IMG/VR virus record: IMGVR_UViG_3300033067_001837
Coordinates: 32,001-96,000 of that record
Reading direction: 5' to 3' (one strand)
From: a virus
Lineage: Duplodnaviria; Caudoviricetes
Length of the DNA stretch: 64,000 nucleotides
Below are positions 27,382-37,565 of this stretch, one piece after another. Numbering within the stretch: the first letter of the stretch is position 1; every line of letters starts with the position of its first letter. The notes beneath the pieces were generated by a model. The model was not told where the DNA came from and ran no database searches. It was given only the letters and a program-made list of their open reading frames with translations. Made by a program: the position numbers and the translations under genes.

Positions 27382-28259
27382 TAGCTAGGCACCACTCGAT
27401 CTTGTATAACGGCTGTTTGCTGGGGTTCAGTATGATCAAACGCTACTACATAAAACTCGCGGGTAGTTGATAATCCGGTAAATGTGTATTGTCCGTTAGA
27501 ATCACTCCAAGTTGTTTGAACTAATGCTCCAGTCTCTGAATCATGTATACGAGCCATGTAGGCACCAGGAACTAAAAATTCCGTTATAGTCCCAGAAACT
27601 ACTCCTTCTCCCGCTATAACTTCCCCGCCGTTCGAGTCAAACTCAGGATATTCAATAGAATTGAACCCAGCCGGAGGAGTATAAGTAAAATCGGCTTCTG
27701 CAAAATGCGCCGTTATATACTGCACAATAGTATAGCTATATACATTAACCGCTGGGTAAAGCGGTAATGATATATTTAACCCAGAAACAGCCGGAGTAGC
27801 GTCAATACCCGGCGTTCCTCCGCCTACCCATACCCCGTCAATAGATACCCAAAAATCTCCAGAGTATAAATCATAAGCAATCCCTACAACATTATTTGTA
27901 ATCCATACAGGCAAATAGGCAATAATTTCACTATCCGAACTACCTATTTTCGTATATCTAATGGTACCCTTAGCTTCTACCCCAAATCCATCCTCTGTTC
28001 TAATAAAATGAGAAGTTCCTATATCTGAATTAAGTAAAACATGGTTTTTTGTTACTAATCCTATAGCCATAACTGGATTTTCTGCAAAATTTGTAACCAT
28101 ATGGCACTCAAAATACCATCGCCCTCCACCCAATTTTGCCCGAGTAGCCCGTGCAATTCTAGGAGTACCAGTTCCAGCTAACGGAGTAGCTTTTAAATTT
28201 CCATCAGACAATGCAACATTAGCATCTTTATCATCCGGGTTCCACGTTACAGTTGCCAT
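27381..28259 (-). CDS. SPRY/B30.2-like domain tail protein with C-terminal beta-sandwich
   Basis: TWNPDDKDANVALSDGNL, RATRAKLGGGRWYFE, VVGIAYDL and LYPAV are SPRY-like; C-terminal TTWSDSNGQYTFTGL. Confidence 0.7.
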   Translation of the reverse strand: MATVTWNPDDKDANVALSDGNLKATPLAGTGTPRIARATRAKLGGGRWYFECHMVTNFAENPVMAIGLVTKNHVLLNSDIGTSHFIRTEDGFGVEAKGTIRYTKIGSSDSEIIAYLPVWITNNVVGIAYDLYSGDFWVSIDGVWVGGGTPGIDATPAVSGLNISLPLYPAVNVYSYTIVQYITAHFAEADFTYTPPAGFNSIEYPEFDSNGGEVIAGEGVVSGTITEFLVPGAYMARIHDSETGALVQTTWSDSNGQYTFTGLSTTREFYVVAFDHTEPQQTAVIQDRVVPS

Positions 28260-28260
28260 T

Positions 28261-30045
28261 TTAAATTACCGTAATCGCGCCTAGTGCATCAAAATCCCGC
28301 GAGTATGTCTCATAATCAGACTGACTCGCTACTCCCACTACAAAATAATCCCCTGGAGCTACATTATTAAACTCCCAAGCACCCGTTAGGCCATCTGATA
28401 CCGTAGTGCCCACTTTATCTCCATTAGGGTAAGTGTAAAGATGTACCGTTCTAGCTGCAAAATTACCCAATGAAGTATCCAATCGCAAAGTGCCACTAAT
28501 TACTGAAGTATTTTCATTAACATTTACCTGTAACGGAACAATAGCTGAATCTGTTAAAGCAGGAACACTTGAATCTGTTACCATAACCTCTACATTTTCA
28601 CTACCATCAGTAGTAAACGTAGTAGTTAATAACCCGGCAGTAGATAAATTCGCGGCATCTGTCCAACTTTTACTAATTAAACTCCAAAAGTAAGGTGAAG
28701 TGCCTCCGATAGCTGTACCCACCGAAGCAGTATACGCCACATTAACTGTAGCATCTGGCATTATTGCTGGAACAATACTAAGTGCCGTCACTCCACCGCT
28801 CGTAGTTACAGAAAAAGTAGCTACTCCCGTATCGGTTTGAAGCAGAGCATCAGTAACCGTAACTTGAACTGTATACTCTCCTAAACTAATCGGAGTAAAT
28901 GAAATCACATTAGCTACTATTGTAAAAACTGTAACATTAGTCGAATCTTTAACTGTACCAGACCAACTAATAGGAACAATTCCTCCAGTAGTCGTACCAA
29001 TCGTTTCATTATATAATTCATTAACGATTGCTGTTGGTAAAGAATTAATTGATAAAATTGGCGGGCCAGATGAAACAGACACAACCGCTGTGGTATAAAT
29101 AGCGGTATAAACGTCGTGGTAACTAAAATCAACTTCTGTAAATGGTGTATAAGTAACAAAGTCAGTTGTTGTAGCCAAACTAGATACAGCCCCAACAATC
29201 ATATACTTTGAATCACCATACACAACATCGTTAATAATCTCTGTGTGTGTATAAACTAAAGTCCATGTTGTCCCGTTTGTTGACTTATATATCAAATTAT
29301 CAGATATAATATACAATCCATCACTTGTCGCAAGGCACCCGTTGTTTGTTAAAGGCGCACCACTTCCAATAACTGTCCAAGTTGTTCCGCCATTTAAAGT
29401 AAACACTGAAGTTCTTGGGAATCCAGTCGTGACAATCCCATAACTCCCTGAAATCATACTTACTTTTAATGTACCATCTATATAAAAAGTTCCAGAAGAT
29501 GTACTAGACTCGCTTGACCAAGTAATTCCATTCGTAGATGTTCTCCATTTTAAAGTAGTTAAAGCGCCTAATACCGTATAGAATGCATACAATGTGCTGC
29601 CGACAATAGTTAATACCGGTATAGAGTTAACAGGGTATGGAGATGGTGAGAACGTGTACATCAAAACCGGGCTACCAGTATCATACAATCGCATTAAATG
29701 GTAAGACGGACTTGATGAAGCATTTTTATACGGTAAAAAGTCAATTCCGTTAAACCGTAACGGTATCCCATATCTACTATCGCTAGAGATATAATACGAA
29801 TTAGAAAAATAATCAATATCTGATAATCGTGATTGCAGCGCACCGATAAACGAAGTTCCAACATAATAGGTAGGAGAAAAATAAAAGCTATTTTCCGTTA
29901 TATGGAGTTTAGTGGTAGAAATAATAGTATCTGTTATATTATTCCCAATAGTAACAATATCCGACACAGTATCGTAAACATATAATCGCCGTGCCCCATT
30001 AAAAGACCCACTAACCTCGCCAGCTATAAAGACCCAATTGCCCAT
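28261..30045 (-). CDS. Putative receptor-binding/tail protein with BNR-like and Ig-like repeats
   Basis: S-x-NG-x-TW repeats (STNGITW, LNGGTTW, STNGTTW), two LPxAxVxxxY...GGxxPxxW Ig-like units, C-terminal GAWEFNNVAPGDYFV. Confidence 0.65.
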   Translation of the reverse strand: MGNWVFIAGEVSGSFNGARRLYVYDTVSDIVTIGNNITDTIISTTKLHITENSFYFSPTYYVGTSFIGALQSRLSDIDYFSNSYYISSDSRYGIPLRFNGIDFLPYKNASSSPSYHLMRLYDTGSPVLMYTFSPSPYPVNSIPVLTIVGSTLYAFYTVLGALTTLKWRTSTNGITWSSESSTSSGTFYIDGTLKVSMISGSYGIVTTGFPRTSVFTLNGGTTWTVIGSGAPLTNNGCLATSDGLYIISDNLIYKSTNGTTWTLVYTHTEIINDVVYGDSKYMIVGAVSSLATTTDFVTYTPFTEVDFSYHDVYTAIYTTAVVSVSSGPPILSINSLPTAIVNELYNETIGTTTGGIVPISWSGTVKDSTNVTVFTIVANVISFTPISLGEYTVQVTVTDALLQTDTGVATFSVTTSGGVTALSIVPAIMPDATVNVAYTASVGTAIGGTSPYFWSLISKSWTDAANLSTAGLLTTTFTTDGSENVEVMVTDSSVPALTDSAIVPLQVNVNENTSVISGTLRLDTSLGNFAARTVHLYTYPNGDKVGTTVSDGLTGAWEFNNVAPGDYFVVGVASQSDYETYSRDFDALGAITVI

Positions 30046-30090
30046 CGTCTTTCTCCTACTCCCCGGAGAATCGGGGAGTGTTAGCTTTGA

Positions 30091-30504
30091 TTAAGCGTTG
30101 CCTTCGGTGATCTTCGAGATGCCGCCTGAAGTATCCAAACTCACCTCACCGCCTGTCACAATATTGACGTTGTTCAGGATGATCTCTTTTCCCGAACTCG
30201 TCGGGCCGACCGTGAAATCCGCTACCGCTGCATCTGCCGAAGTCGTCGCCCGTGCGTAACCTGCCGTACCATCAGCGACCGCTGTTCCTGCGGTGACTGC
30301 CGAAAAGGTCAACACGCCATTGGACACGGTACCAGACGGATCGGAGAACGTCAGCGTCACTAGAAGTGTCCCGGTTGCCGCACTGTTAACTCCAGGTGAC
30401 GTTCCGGTATAGATTTTCAGCTTCCCCGCACCGGAACCCGCATCAATCGCAGTCAGTACGTCAGTAATGCGCGTAGTCCGTAAACTTGTTATATAAGAAG
30501 GCAT
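30091..30504 (-). CDS. Small virion structural protein
   Basis: GKLKIYTG, GTLLVTL and ADGTAGYAR; T/G/A-rich; AGGAG SD. Confidence 0.7.
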   Translation of the reverse strand: MPSYITSLRTTRITDVLTAIDAGSGAGKLKIYTGTSPGVNSAATGTLLVTLTFSDPSGTVSNGVLTFSAVTAGTAVADGTAGYARATTSADAAVADFTVGPTSSGKEIILNNVNIVTGGEVSLDTSGGISKITEGNA

Positions 30505-30517
30505 CGGTTATTACTCC

Positions 30518-31114
30518 TTACGCATTCGCCAGGGACACAGAATAAGTCACCGATAGCTGATCACCGGTAGTCGGTAATGAGCGCACCGTTCCATACTTCA
30601 CAGCGGTTAACAAGACTCCAGACGTACTGGCTTTAGTTGAACTCGACAACAACCCGCAGCCCCATACGGACACGCTATCTGATGCAGTCGTAAACACCGC
30701 AGGATTACTGGTATTGTGAGTGGTTTTGCTGGCAGGAACAGATTCCACAAACTCAACACGAGTCGCTTGTGAATACTGCGTGGTCAACTCAGTGGCCGTA
30801 GACGAGAAAGTCGCTGCCGTTAGCGTATCCGCTAACGTTATGTTGCCGCTAAAAGGGGCCAGATAGAACGCTGTGTAGCGAGTTCCGTTCCCAATCGCCG
30901 CACTTAACAGATAGTTGATTCCTTCTGTTGTCAATAGGTTCGGGTATTTCTGAGTTCCTAGTCCATCCGGTGCGGTGACCTGGTAAACTCCCTTAATTGT
31001 CGCATGAGCGATCAGTAACTCACCCCGCTCATTAACGTCGTAATTAAAATTACGAAAGTGCCGATACAAATCACGCCAATATTTAGGCTTTAGCGCCTGT
31101 GTTATTTCCAACAT
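30518..31114 (-). CDS. Virion structural protein (NLLTTEG type)
   Basis: Likely start ATG 31114. PNLLTTEGINYLL...FYLAPF resembles 34091..34597. Confidence 0.7.
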   Translation of the reverse strand: MLEITQALKPKYWRDLYRHFRNFNYDVNERGELLIAHATIKGVYQVTAPDGLGTQKYPNLLTTEGINYLLSAAIGNGTRYTAFYLAPFSGNITLADTLTAATFSSTATELTTQYSQATRVEFVESVPASKTTHNTSNPAVFTTASDSVSVWGCGLLSSSTKASTSGVLLTAVKYGTVRSLPTTGDQLSVTYSVSLANA

Positions 31115-31133
31115 CGTTCTGTCCTCTCGACAG

Positions 31134-31310
31134 TTAAAATTTACCGACTGGACAACGGGTTGCCGTTCTCCCAATAATTAAACAACCGCAGTGTCCGCAG
31201 CGTTTAAACACAATTCCTTTTAGCGTCGAGCACCGAAGATGCTCACACTTTTCACAAATCGCTTTCCTCCGATCTCGCTCTTCTTTAGATCGCGTTAAGC
31301 GCCACACCAT
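31134..31310 (-). CDS. Small Cys-rich zinc-binding protein (DUF6171-like)
   Basis: RRKAICEKCEH...CGHCGC...CPVGKF. Confidence 0.6.
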   Translation of the reverse strand: MVWRLTRSKEERDRRKAICEKCEHLRCSTLKGIVFKRCGHCGCLIIGRTATRCPVGKF

Positions 31311-32556
31311 TAGCAAAAACCTCAGAAACAATAATGTCCGACGCTTGCTGTTCTGTATGATCTACGGAGTTCGCCATTAACACTTGTCGCAGCCCGTCAT
31401 GAACACAATAGGCGAGTACGCCCTGCTCACTATTCCCAGCGCTATACCTCTCCTGCGTAGTGCGAACCAGAATACCTCCCGGCTTCCCAACACAGAGATA
31501 CCCATCCCGATCTAAAAACGCACACTGGCGAGAGGGAAAAGAACCTTGCCCCAGGAATAAATCATAAGGAACTTCCAGGACTGACCCTCGAGCCGCTCCA
31601 ACACTGGCGACCGGGCGCTGCGTCATTTCGTAAGCATTACTGCCCTGTAGATAATAGATTCTATCCGCCAGGCCCACATAGATTCCGTCCTCGGCGGCTC
31701 CTAATAATTGAATCGATGATTCAAACTGGTAGAATCCACGCGACGGAAAAACACAGTGCGGGGATAATTCGCTGGTAAACCATAATACGTTCCCAGTCGC
31801 GCACCACAGCCGCCCTTTAAACGCTACCAAGCACTGCCCAGCAAACGGGCGAACCGCATAAAGACCTTCCAACCGTTTACCAATGGGTGCGTTACTCAAC
31901 AGCACCGTTGTAGCCTGTGGGGCGATAACAGCCTGCCGCAACAACTCGACTGGCCCGTTTTGTTCAGTTCGATAAATCGCAAAATTCACCCCGGATGCTG
32001 TAGGGGTCGTAACGCTCACCCCCCACCCATCTGGAACATCCAGCGTCACCACTTCAGAAGCAGGTGACTCTAACCCACTGGCATTTACCGCTGTCATCGC
32101 AACCCGGTATGATCCGCCAATCAGCCCTCCCGCCTCTACCAAACTGGCCTGGGGTGGTGGTGGTGAGTTGAGTCCCCAAGTCGCTAATTCGCCCTGTGAA
32201 GTAATTCGCCCAATCGAACCTTGATCCATCCAGTAAATTTCGTCATTCAGTACTGCGTAGTAAACCGTACCAACCACATCAGATAGCTCAACAATCTGAT
32301 TATCTTTAGTAAGACGACAAAGACTATTATCCTTAACGACTACCGCAAACTGCCCACGCGGATGGACAAAAAACGAATGAAAATCTCCACTCAGTATTGA
32401 TCGCAATCCTTTCCGGCATAGCAACCCGCCATCTCGAGTCACATCCAGATTGCTCGCAGTCCGCAACGCTCCTTCAGGAAGCGCATATTCTCGGCTACGG
32501 TTATCGATCCCGTTAGGAAACTTAAAGGTTAGAGCCTTGTTTTCGGCTTCGGCCAT
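31285..32556 (-). CDS. Putative tail nozzle / tubular protein
   Basis: Likely start ATG 32556. FPNGIDNR...LRTASNLDVTRDGGLLCRKG N-terminus; beta-rich with AFKGRLW. Confidence 0.6.
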   Translation of the reverse strand: MAEAENKALTFKFPNGIDNRSREYALPEGALRTASNLDVTRDGGLLCRKGLRSILSGDFHSFFVHPRGQFAVVVKDNSLCRLTKDNQIVELSDVVGTVYYAVLNDEIYWMDQGSIGRITSQGELATWGLNSPPPPQASLVEAGGLIGGSYRVAMTAVNASGLESPASEVVTLDVPDGWGVSVTTPTASGVNFAIYRTEQNGPVELLRQAVIAPQATTVLLSNAPIGKRLEGLYAVRPFAGQCLVAFKGRLWCATGNVLWFTSELSPHCVFPSRGFYQFESSIQLLGAAEDGIYVGLADRIYYLQGSNAYEMTQRPVASVGAARGSVLEVPYDLFLGQGSFPSRQCAFLDRDGYLCVGKPGGILVRTTQERYSAGNSEQGVLAYCVHDGLRQVLMANSVDHTEQQASDIIVSEVFANGVALNAI

Positions 32557-32557
32557 G

Positions 32558-32764
32558 TTATAAATTACCCGATGGCTGAATATATAGATAGGGAAGACCA
32601 TCCATCTTCTGCAATCGCTGGCACAATTCCTGTCCATCTTTTGCAGTGAACCGTGCGCCTTTATTGCGGAACAGCAAATAATCGCCCATAACGAATACAG
32701 CGAGAAGGATAATTAAGATAAATAGAGCCACGGAGAAGCGCCAATGCTGTGTCAATTTCCCCAA
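32558..32764 (-). CDS. Small single-TM membrane protein
   Basis: Hydrophobic stretch FSVALFILIILLAVFVMG; AAGGAG SD. Confidence 0.55.
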   Translation of the reverse strand: MGKLTQHWRFSVALFILIILLAVFVMGDYLLFRNKGARFTAKDGQELCQRLQKMDGLPYLYIQPSGNL

Positions 32765-33240
32765 CTCCTTACCGTAAATGGAATCGCTGGACTCACAAAT
32801 ACCTGTCGCTGCAACAAAAAATCAAACGGATTGCAGTAATAACGCGCATGGATTTGAAAAACACACTGTCCAGGAATAGCTTCATATGGGACTTGCACCG
32901 GAATCGTCAAGCGTCCTTCAAATCCAGCTTCCAGCGTTGAATGTTTGTCACTAATAACGAAATACCCGCATTGTCCCGTCACAACGCGATGAATCATCCC
33001 GTCGCAGTTTCGCAGCTTCTTGACAGGCTGGTAGAAAACAATTACTTCACTCGGATACGCTAAGTCATTATCGGCGACTGTTCCTTGCGAAAACTCCACA
33101 GCGGGCGCGGTATCTTCATACCAGATGGAGACCTCCCGCCAGCCCCACACGCCCCAGGCAACGAATACCAGGGTGAGGATGGAGACGATCAGCCATTTGG
33201 CTTGCTGGCAAAATTGACAGGTATCTTCCCATAGGTTCAT
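32752..33240 (-). CDS. Membrane-anchored protein with Cys-containing domain
   Basis: TAATG-coupled start at 33240, N-terminal TM helix, YYCNPF motif. Confidence 0.6.
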   Translation of the reverse strand: MNLWEDTCQFCQQAKWLIVSILTLVFVAWGVWGWREVSIWYEDTAPAVEFSQGTVADNDLAYPSEVIVFYQPVKKLRNCDGMIHRVVTGQCGYFVISDKHSTLEAGFEGRLTIPVQVPYEAIPGQCVFQIHARYYCNPFDFLLQRQVFVSPAIPFTVRSWGN

Positions 33241-33656
33241 TACTGATTCCCCATCCACTTCCGAAACGCTTCAATGCTGGCGGCGGTTCCGCCAATCGTC
33301 ATGAGGATTGCAATGATAATTGCCATGGCCTTTTGCATCGTACGACTGGCTTCCGACATCGCTTGTGCGGCTTCCAGCGGTTTCCTATTTGCTTCCTGAT
33401 ACTGAATAAACTCCGTTCGCAACTGCACGAACTCACCTTGCAGCTTTAGAATCAACCGATCTTTGGCAGAGGATTCTTCACGCAACTGACGTATTTCTGC
33501 CCGATATTCCCGCTCGACTTCCTGCTTAAACTGCCGTGCCGAATCAGGTTCACGCAGATCTCGGATAGACCGCCGCTGCTCACTCAACTGTTTTTCTAAT
33601 GAGATTAATGAACCTGTGAGATCGTCAGCGAGTTCAGTGATAGCATCTTGGGTCAT
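33240..33656 (-). CDS. Coiled-coil protein with C-terminal TM helix
   Basis: ATGA-coupled start at 33656 (MTQDAITEL); C-terminal AMAIIIAILMTIGG. Confidence 0.6.
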   Translation of the reverse strand: MTQDAITELADDLTGSLISLEKQLSEQRRSIRDLREPDSARQFKQEVEREYRAEIRQLREESSAKDRLILKLQGEFVQLRTEFIQYQEANRKPLEAAQAMSEASRTMQKAMAIIIAILMTIGGTAASIEAFRKWMGNQ

Positions 33657-34012
33657 AGCTGTTTCACTACCAGCGTTGCGGAATGATCGATATTCAACCG
33701 ACCGAGATTCACGCTGCCGACCGTTTCCGTAGATTTGCGATGGGTCACGGTCACGGTCGTTACACACCTAGTAACAGAGAATTGCACCCCGTAGACCTCG
33801 GTAAATGCAGTACCTTCACTATCTGTCATATCGCCCAGGTAAGTGGAATCCGTTACCACGGTTCCACCTTCGCACAAGGCTGAATGCGCGGTGATCGTCT
33901 CGCCATCGCGCAACCAGTCGCCATAACTGAAATACACCCAGTCGGTTCCATCAGGATCAACTGGGTCGTATTTCAGTACAACCGGGGTTTTCTTTGTGTG
34001 CGTGTAGGCCAT
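33653..34012 (-). CDS. Small virion protein (fiber/tail adaptor-like)
   Basis: DPVDPDGTDWVYFSYGDWLRDGETIT N-terminus; AGGA SD. Confidence 0.55.
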   Translation of the reverse strand: MAYTHTKKTPVVLKYDPVDPDGTDWVYFSYGDWLRDGETITAHSALCEGGTVVTDSTYLGDMTDSEGTAFTEVYGVQFSVTRCVTTVTVTHRKSTETVGSVNLGRLNIDHSATLVVKQL

Positions 34013-34090
34013 TTAGGTTGTTCCTATCCAGTCAAATCATGTGCTTTCATGCGCCACTCCAAGATACAGTTAAAATGGCGCACTATAACA

Positions 34091-34597
34091 TTAAGTAGCA
34101 GCAGCAGTTAACGTAATTGTTACAGTTAAACTGTCGCCACTAGAAGCAGCCTTGTTCCCACCCGTAAACGCCCCAGCCCCGTACAGGGTTCCGGTACTGC
34201 CTGACTTGGTGCTGTTGGATACCACAAACCCGCCACCAATAGTGACGGTGCCATTAATGCTGAACGTGGCTTTCGATGCGGTATTGCTGACACTTCCTCC
34301 GCTCACAGAACCCAACGTCAAGGTCTGACGAACCGACTCAGAGTAATCAGCAATCTCCGTCCAGCCGCTATGGGAACTCATAGTATCGCCCGCTGCGACG
34401 GTCGGCGTTCCACTGGTCAGCCCGACATACCACGCTGCTGTGTAGGTAGACCCTTTCAAATACTTGTCGAGAATGTCATTCAGTCCCTCCGTGGTGACGA
34501 GGTTTTCAATCGTTTCCCGCCACTTCAACTGGCCATCGGGGCCATGGCATTCGATTTCGTAGTAGTTCTCTAACTTGATGGGATTACCGAGTTCCAT
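34091..34597 (-). CDS. Virion structural protein (NLVTTEG type)
   Basis: LKWRETIENLVTTEGLNDIL...WYVGL; resembles 30518..31114. Confidence 0.7.
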   Translation of the reverse strand: MELGNPIKLENYYEIECHGPDGQLKWRETIENLVTTEGLNDILDKYLKGSTYTAAWYVGLTSGTPTVAAGDTMSSHSGWTEIADYSESVRQTLTLGSVSGGSVSNTASKATFSINGTVTIGGGFVVSNSTKSGSTGTLYGAGAFTGGNKAASSGDSLTVTITLTAAAT

Positions 34598-34618
34598 AAT
34601 TACACCTGTACAAAAGAA

Positions 34619-36469
34619 TCAAGGTTGAATAAAAATGAGCCGTTCATTGGCTTGAATAGAAATGAGTCTTTCGCTGGATTGAATAACCACCAGCCGGCCC
34701 GTGGATAACGTAACGATGATCTCAAAGAACGCGCCGTCGAGATTTGTCCTGAGCGTCCAAACCAGGCTAATCTCATCGTCCATCGCCAAGCCGCCCGTGA
34801 TCGGCGCGGCTAACGTAGTAGGTAAGGTCAGGTCGGCTTGAAACGCCGCCAGAGCGCTTTGTACTTGCGACAGCACCGCGCCGAGTTCCAATGAGCCGCC
34901 CAGCGAGATTGCTGCGGCATCGGCCAGCGCCAACGACACCGCCAACGACAGAGAAGACGTAATAGCGTTGCCGGTCGTGAACAGCGCATTGAGTTGATTC
35001 GCCAGGGTCAGCGCGGTTCGGAAGCTCCCGACACCCGCAGGCGTTGCCAGTAATTGCGTAGCGAGAGTCAACTGCGCACTGAGAATCGCCGTGGCCGTGG
35101 TGCTAATTCCAGTCTGAACGTTCAGCGCCAACACGAGGTCGTTGATACCAAACCGTTCACCGTCAATCGTAACCGTAAAAATTGCAGGCAGCGTCAGAGT
35201 CGCAGAGGTCGATAACGCCGCGTTTAATGCCGTTTGCAGAGTGGTTAGTAACGAAAACTGCGTTGCATATCCTGCGGTCGATGATGGCGTCAACGTGGCA
35301 TTGAGCGCCAATGTCAGCGCTTTATTCAGCGTTGCGCTCGTGCTACTCAACAACCCTTGCGAAATCGCTAGCGACAAACCGGCCAATAGATTTGCGGTGA
35401 CGCTACTGGTATAAGAACAAGAAATACTTTCGGTAATTGCCGCCACCGCCGCATTCAACGCCGATACCGACTGTCCTACCGTCATATCCATCTGCACAGT
35501 CGCTAATGCCGTCAGCGCTCGTTGCAGGGTGATACTAACATTCGTATCAAGTGTTAGCGCACTATTAAACTGTGCCGATGGCCCTGACATCGCTCCAGCG
35601 AGAGTTGAGAGCGTCAGACCGGCATTGAACCGAGCGTTTACAGAAGGATAGATACTGGCAATATAAGCAAAAGTTAGCGCGGAATCATGAGTGGTTGCGC
35701 CTCCACTCGGAATAGAATAAAATAGCGGGACACGGGGGGAAAAGAGTTGCCATGGATTTTCTTGAAACAAACTGAGTTCTTCATTTCTCAGCGCGCGCGC
35801 CCATGCCGCAACATAGAGGATCGCCCCGTCCAGGTAAGTCAATCCATCCGATCGTTTTCCGATATAGAGATTTCCGTTTCCCGCTGTCGGAGTGCCTGTA
35901 CCCGTTCCTGAAACAGAAGACATTGTGTAATATGTTGATCTGACAAACGCCTCCGGCGTGATTTCAATTCCTCCTGATGGCTGTCTGACGCCAAAAAAAG
36001 TTCTATCCCCCGCAGAAATGATATCCGCAGGATACGCCCATATTCTATAGCCGGCGTTAGAACGGATAAAACCAATTTTCCCATCCGTAGCAGTACGTCC
36101 CACACGAAATTCAAAAGGAAGATTTGTCGTTGTCCCCAATCCCGAAGTGATAATTTGCCCGTAGTTCGTCAGCGCGTCTACCCGAGCATAAGTGGCAATT
36201 GTAATCGGCCCAAGAATATTATACGAATCGTCTGAATTAATAATCGTTTGCTGGTTCGTATAATCGCGGGAAACCCCCAATGGGCTTACTGTGGGAATCG
36301 ACGTATCTGTGGATACGGTATGCATTTTTACCCACTCAACCATTTTTCCTGCACAGTGGGTAACGAAAACACGCAAACCCGCCGCTAAGGGGTTTTGGTA
36401 ATCAATGCGCACCGGCCCCGATGGCTGCCGTTTCCACGCAGCACGGGGCATCCCAATTAATCCAGCCAT
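34619..36469 (-). CDS. LamG/concanavalin-like domain tail protein with repetitive A/T/L/S-rich C-terminus
   Basis: LYIGKRSDG...LDGAILYVAAWARALRNEEL...ENPWQLF LamG-type signature, followed by ~19-20 aa LTL repeats. Confidence 0.7.
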   Translation of the reverse strand: MAGLIGMPRAAWKRQPSGPVRIDYQNPLAAGLRVFVTHCAGKMVEWVKMHTVSTDTSIPTVSPLGVSRDYTNQQTIINSDDSYNILGPITIATYARVDALTNYGQIITSGLGTTTNLPFEFRVGRTATDGKIGFIRSNAGYRIWAYPADIISAGDRTFFGVRQPSGGIEITPEAFVRSTYYTMSSVSGTGTGTPTAGNGNLYIGKRSDGLTYLDGAILYVAAWARALRNEELSLFQENPWQLFSPRVPLFYSIPSGGATTHDSALTFAYIASIYPSVNARFNAGLTLSTLAGAMSGPSAQFNSALTLDTNVSITLQRALTALATVQMDMTVGQSVSALNAAVAAITESISCSYTSSVTANLLAGLSLAISQGLLSSTSATLNKALTLALNATLTPSSTAGYATQFSLLTTLQTALNAALSTSATLTLPAIFTVTIDGERFGINDLVLALNVQTGISTTATAILSAQLTLATQLLATPAGVGSFRTALTLANQLNALFTTGNAITSSLSLAVSLALADAAAISLGGSLELGAVLSQVQSALAAFQADLTLPTTLAAPITGGLAMDDEISLVWTLRTNLDGAFFEIIVTLSTGRLVVIQSSERLISIQANERLIFIQP

Positions 36470-36471
36470 GA

Positions 36472-36990
36472 TTACACGCTCTGGCCTTGGATACGAGCGT
36501 ACTGGAACGAGTGATTCCCTCCCGTCGAATCCAGATTGACGCCAGAATCATGCATAACGAATAATCCCCAGTACGTAGGAAGTTGTCCGAATACAGACGC
36601 AATTGATGTTGGAGGCATTTCTAATACCAGCCCCGTTGTTGCGTCTGTCGTTCCTGCCCACAAAAAGCGTAAGCAGCCATACGCCACATTGGCGCTGGTC
36701 ATGGTTTTTACGGCGTCCGTCCCGGTGATGCTGTCTGGATAAGTTGGCGTCCCGCTGGAAATAGATTGCGCCGCATACGCATAAACTTGAACGGTTCTCG
36801 AGGCTGTCGGCGATGTTCCCAGCTTAATTTTCCCACTAACCAAATGATCTAAATCTAAATTACTGGAATTACTGATGGCTGTGGACGCTCGCCCGGCCCA
36901 CGCCGTTGAACTCGCTAAACTAGCGAGTGTAATTGTGATCGCAACAGTATCCGCATTTGATGCTGGATATTTTATCTTAATATCCGCCAT
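36472..36990 (-). CDS. Virion structural protein
   Basis: TITLASLASS N-terminus; S/T/A-rich beta protein in the tail cluster. Confidence 0.6.
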   Translation of the reverse strand: MADIKIKYPASNADTVAITITLASLASSTAWAGRASTAISNSSNLDLDHLVSGKIKLGTSPTASRTVQVYAYAAQSISSGTPTYPDSITGTDAVKTMTSANVAYGCLRFLWAGTTDATTGLVLEMPPTSIASVFGQLPTYWGLFVMHDSGVNLDSTGGNHSFQYARIQGQSV

Positions 36991-36996
36991 AAATTA

Positions 36997-37296
36997 TCAT
37001 CCGATGTTGACGAGTTCAGGCCAAATCTGTTTGATTTGCCAATCAATATCCGAATCACTGGCCGTCGATGGGCTTGACGCAATCGTCGCATTTCGCAGGA
37101 CTTGCATAGCAATCTGCCTTTCCGTGACAGACGACTCGTCACGTAATAGCTTCAACGCATAATTCTTACTCGCCAAAGAGACATCATATCCCTCGTCTTC
37201 GACAATGACGTGTTGCGCTGTGATAGTTGCGGCGGCCCAACACCGCCCTTGGAATTCTGCATCGTTCGACGCAATATAAACATCAAGAAGTGACAT
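36997..37296 (-). CDS. Hypothetical protein
   Basis: GGAG SD; closely spaced with the downstream gene. Confidence 0.6.
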   Translation of the reverse strand: MSLLDVYIASNDAEFQGRCWAAATITAQHVIVEDEGYDVSLASKNYALKLLRDESSVTERQIAMQVLRNATIASSPSTASDSDIDWQIKQIWPELVNIG

Positions 37297-37397
37297 AAAA
37301 ACTCCGCTAAAATTTGAAGGTTAAATTCAAAATCGGTTAGGTGTTCAATCTAAACGCCTGGCGCATTCGCACGACAGACGGGTCGGTCTCCACATTA

Positions 37398-37565
37398 TTA
37401 TCCATCGGGCAAGAAGACGCCCAGAAGCCCCGCGACCGCTGCCCCGCCGGTAAGGATGGCCTCGACCTGCTCCGGGTTCAGAGAAATTCCCGCAACGGTC
37501 AATAGCCATACAATCCCTCTCCAGGTCGATGGCTCTGAAGCTCGGGAAATAAGCCATTTTTTCAT
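37398..37565 (-). CDS. Putative holin, 55 aa, two TM helices (not in ORF track)
   Basis: Hand translation MKKWLISRASEPSTWRGIVWLLTVAGISLNPEQVEAILTGGAAVAGLLGVFLPDG; GGGAG SD; EPSTWRG small-holin pattern; near the lysozyme. Confidence 0.75.
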   Translation of the reverse strand: MKKWLISRASEPSTWRGIVWLLTVAGISLNPEQVEAILTGGAAVAGLLGVFLPDG

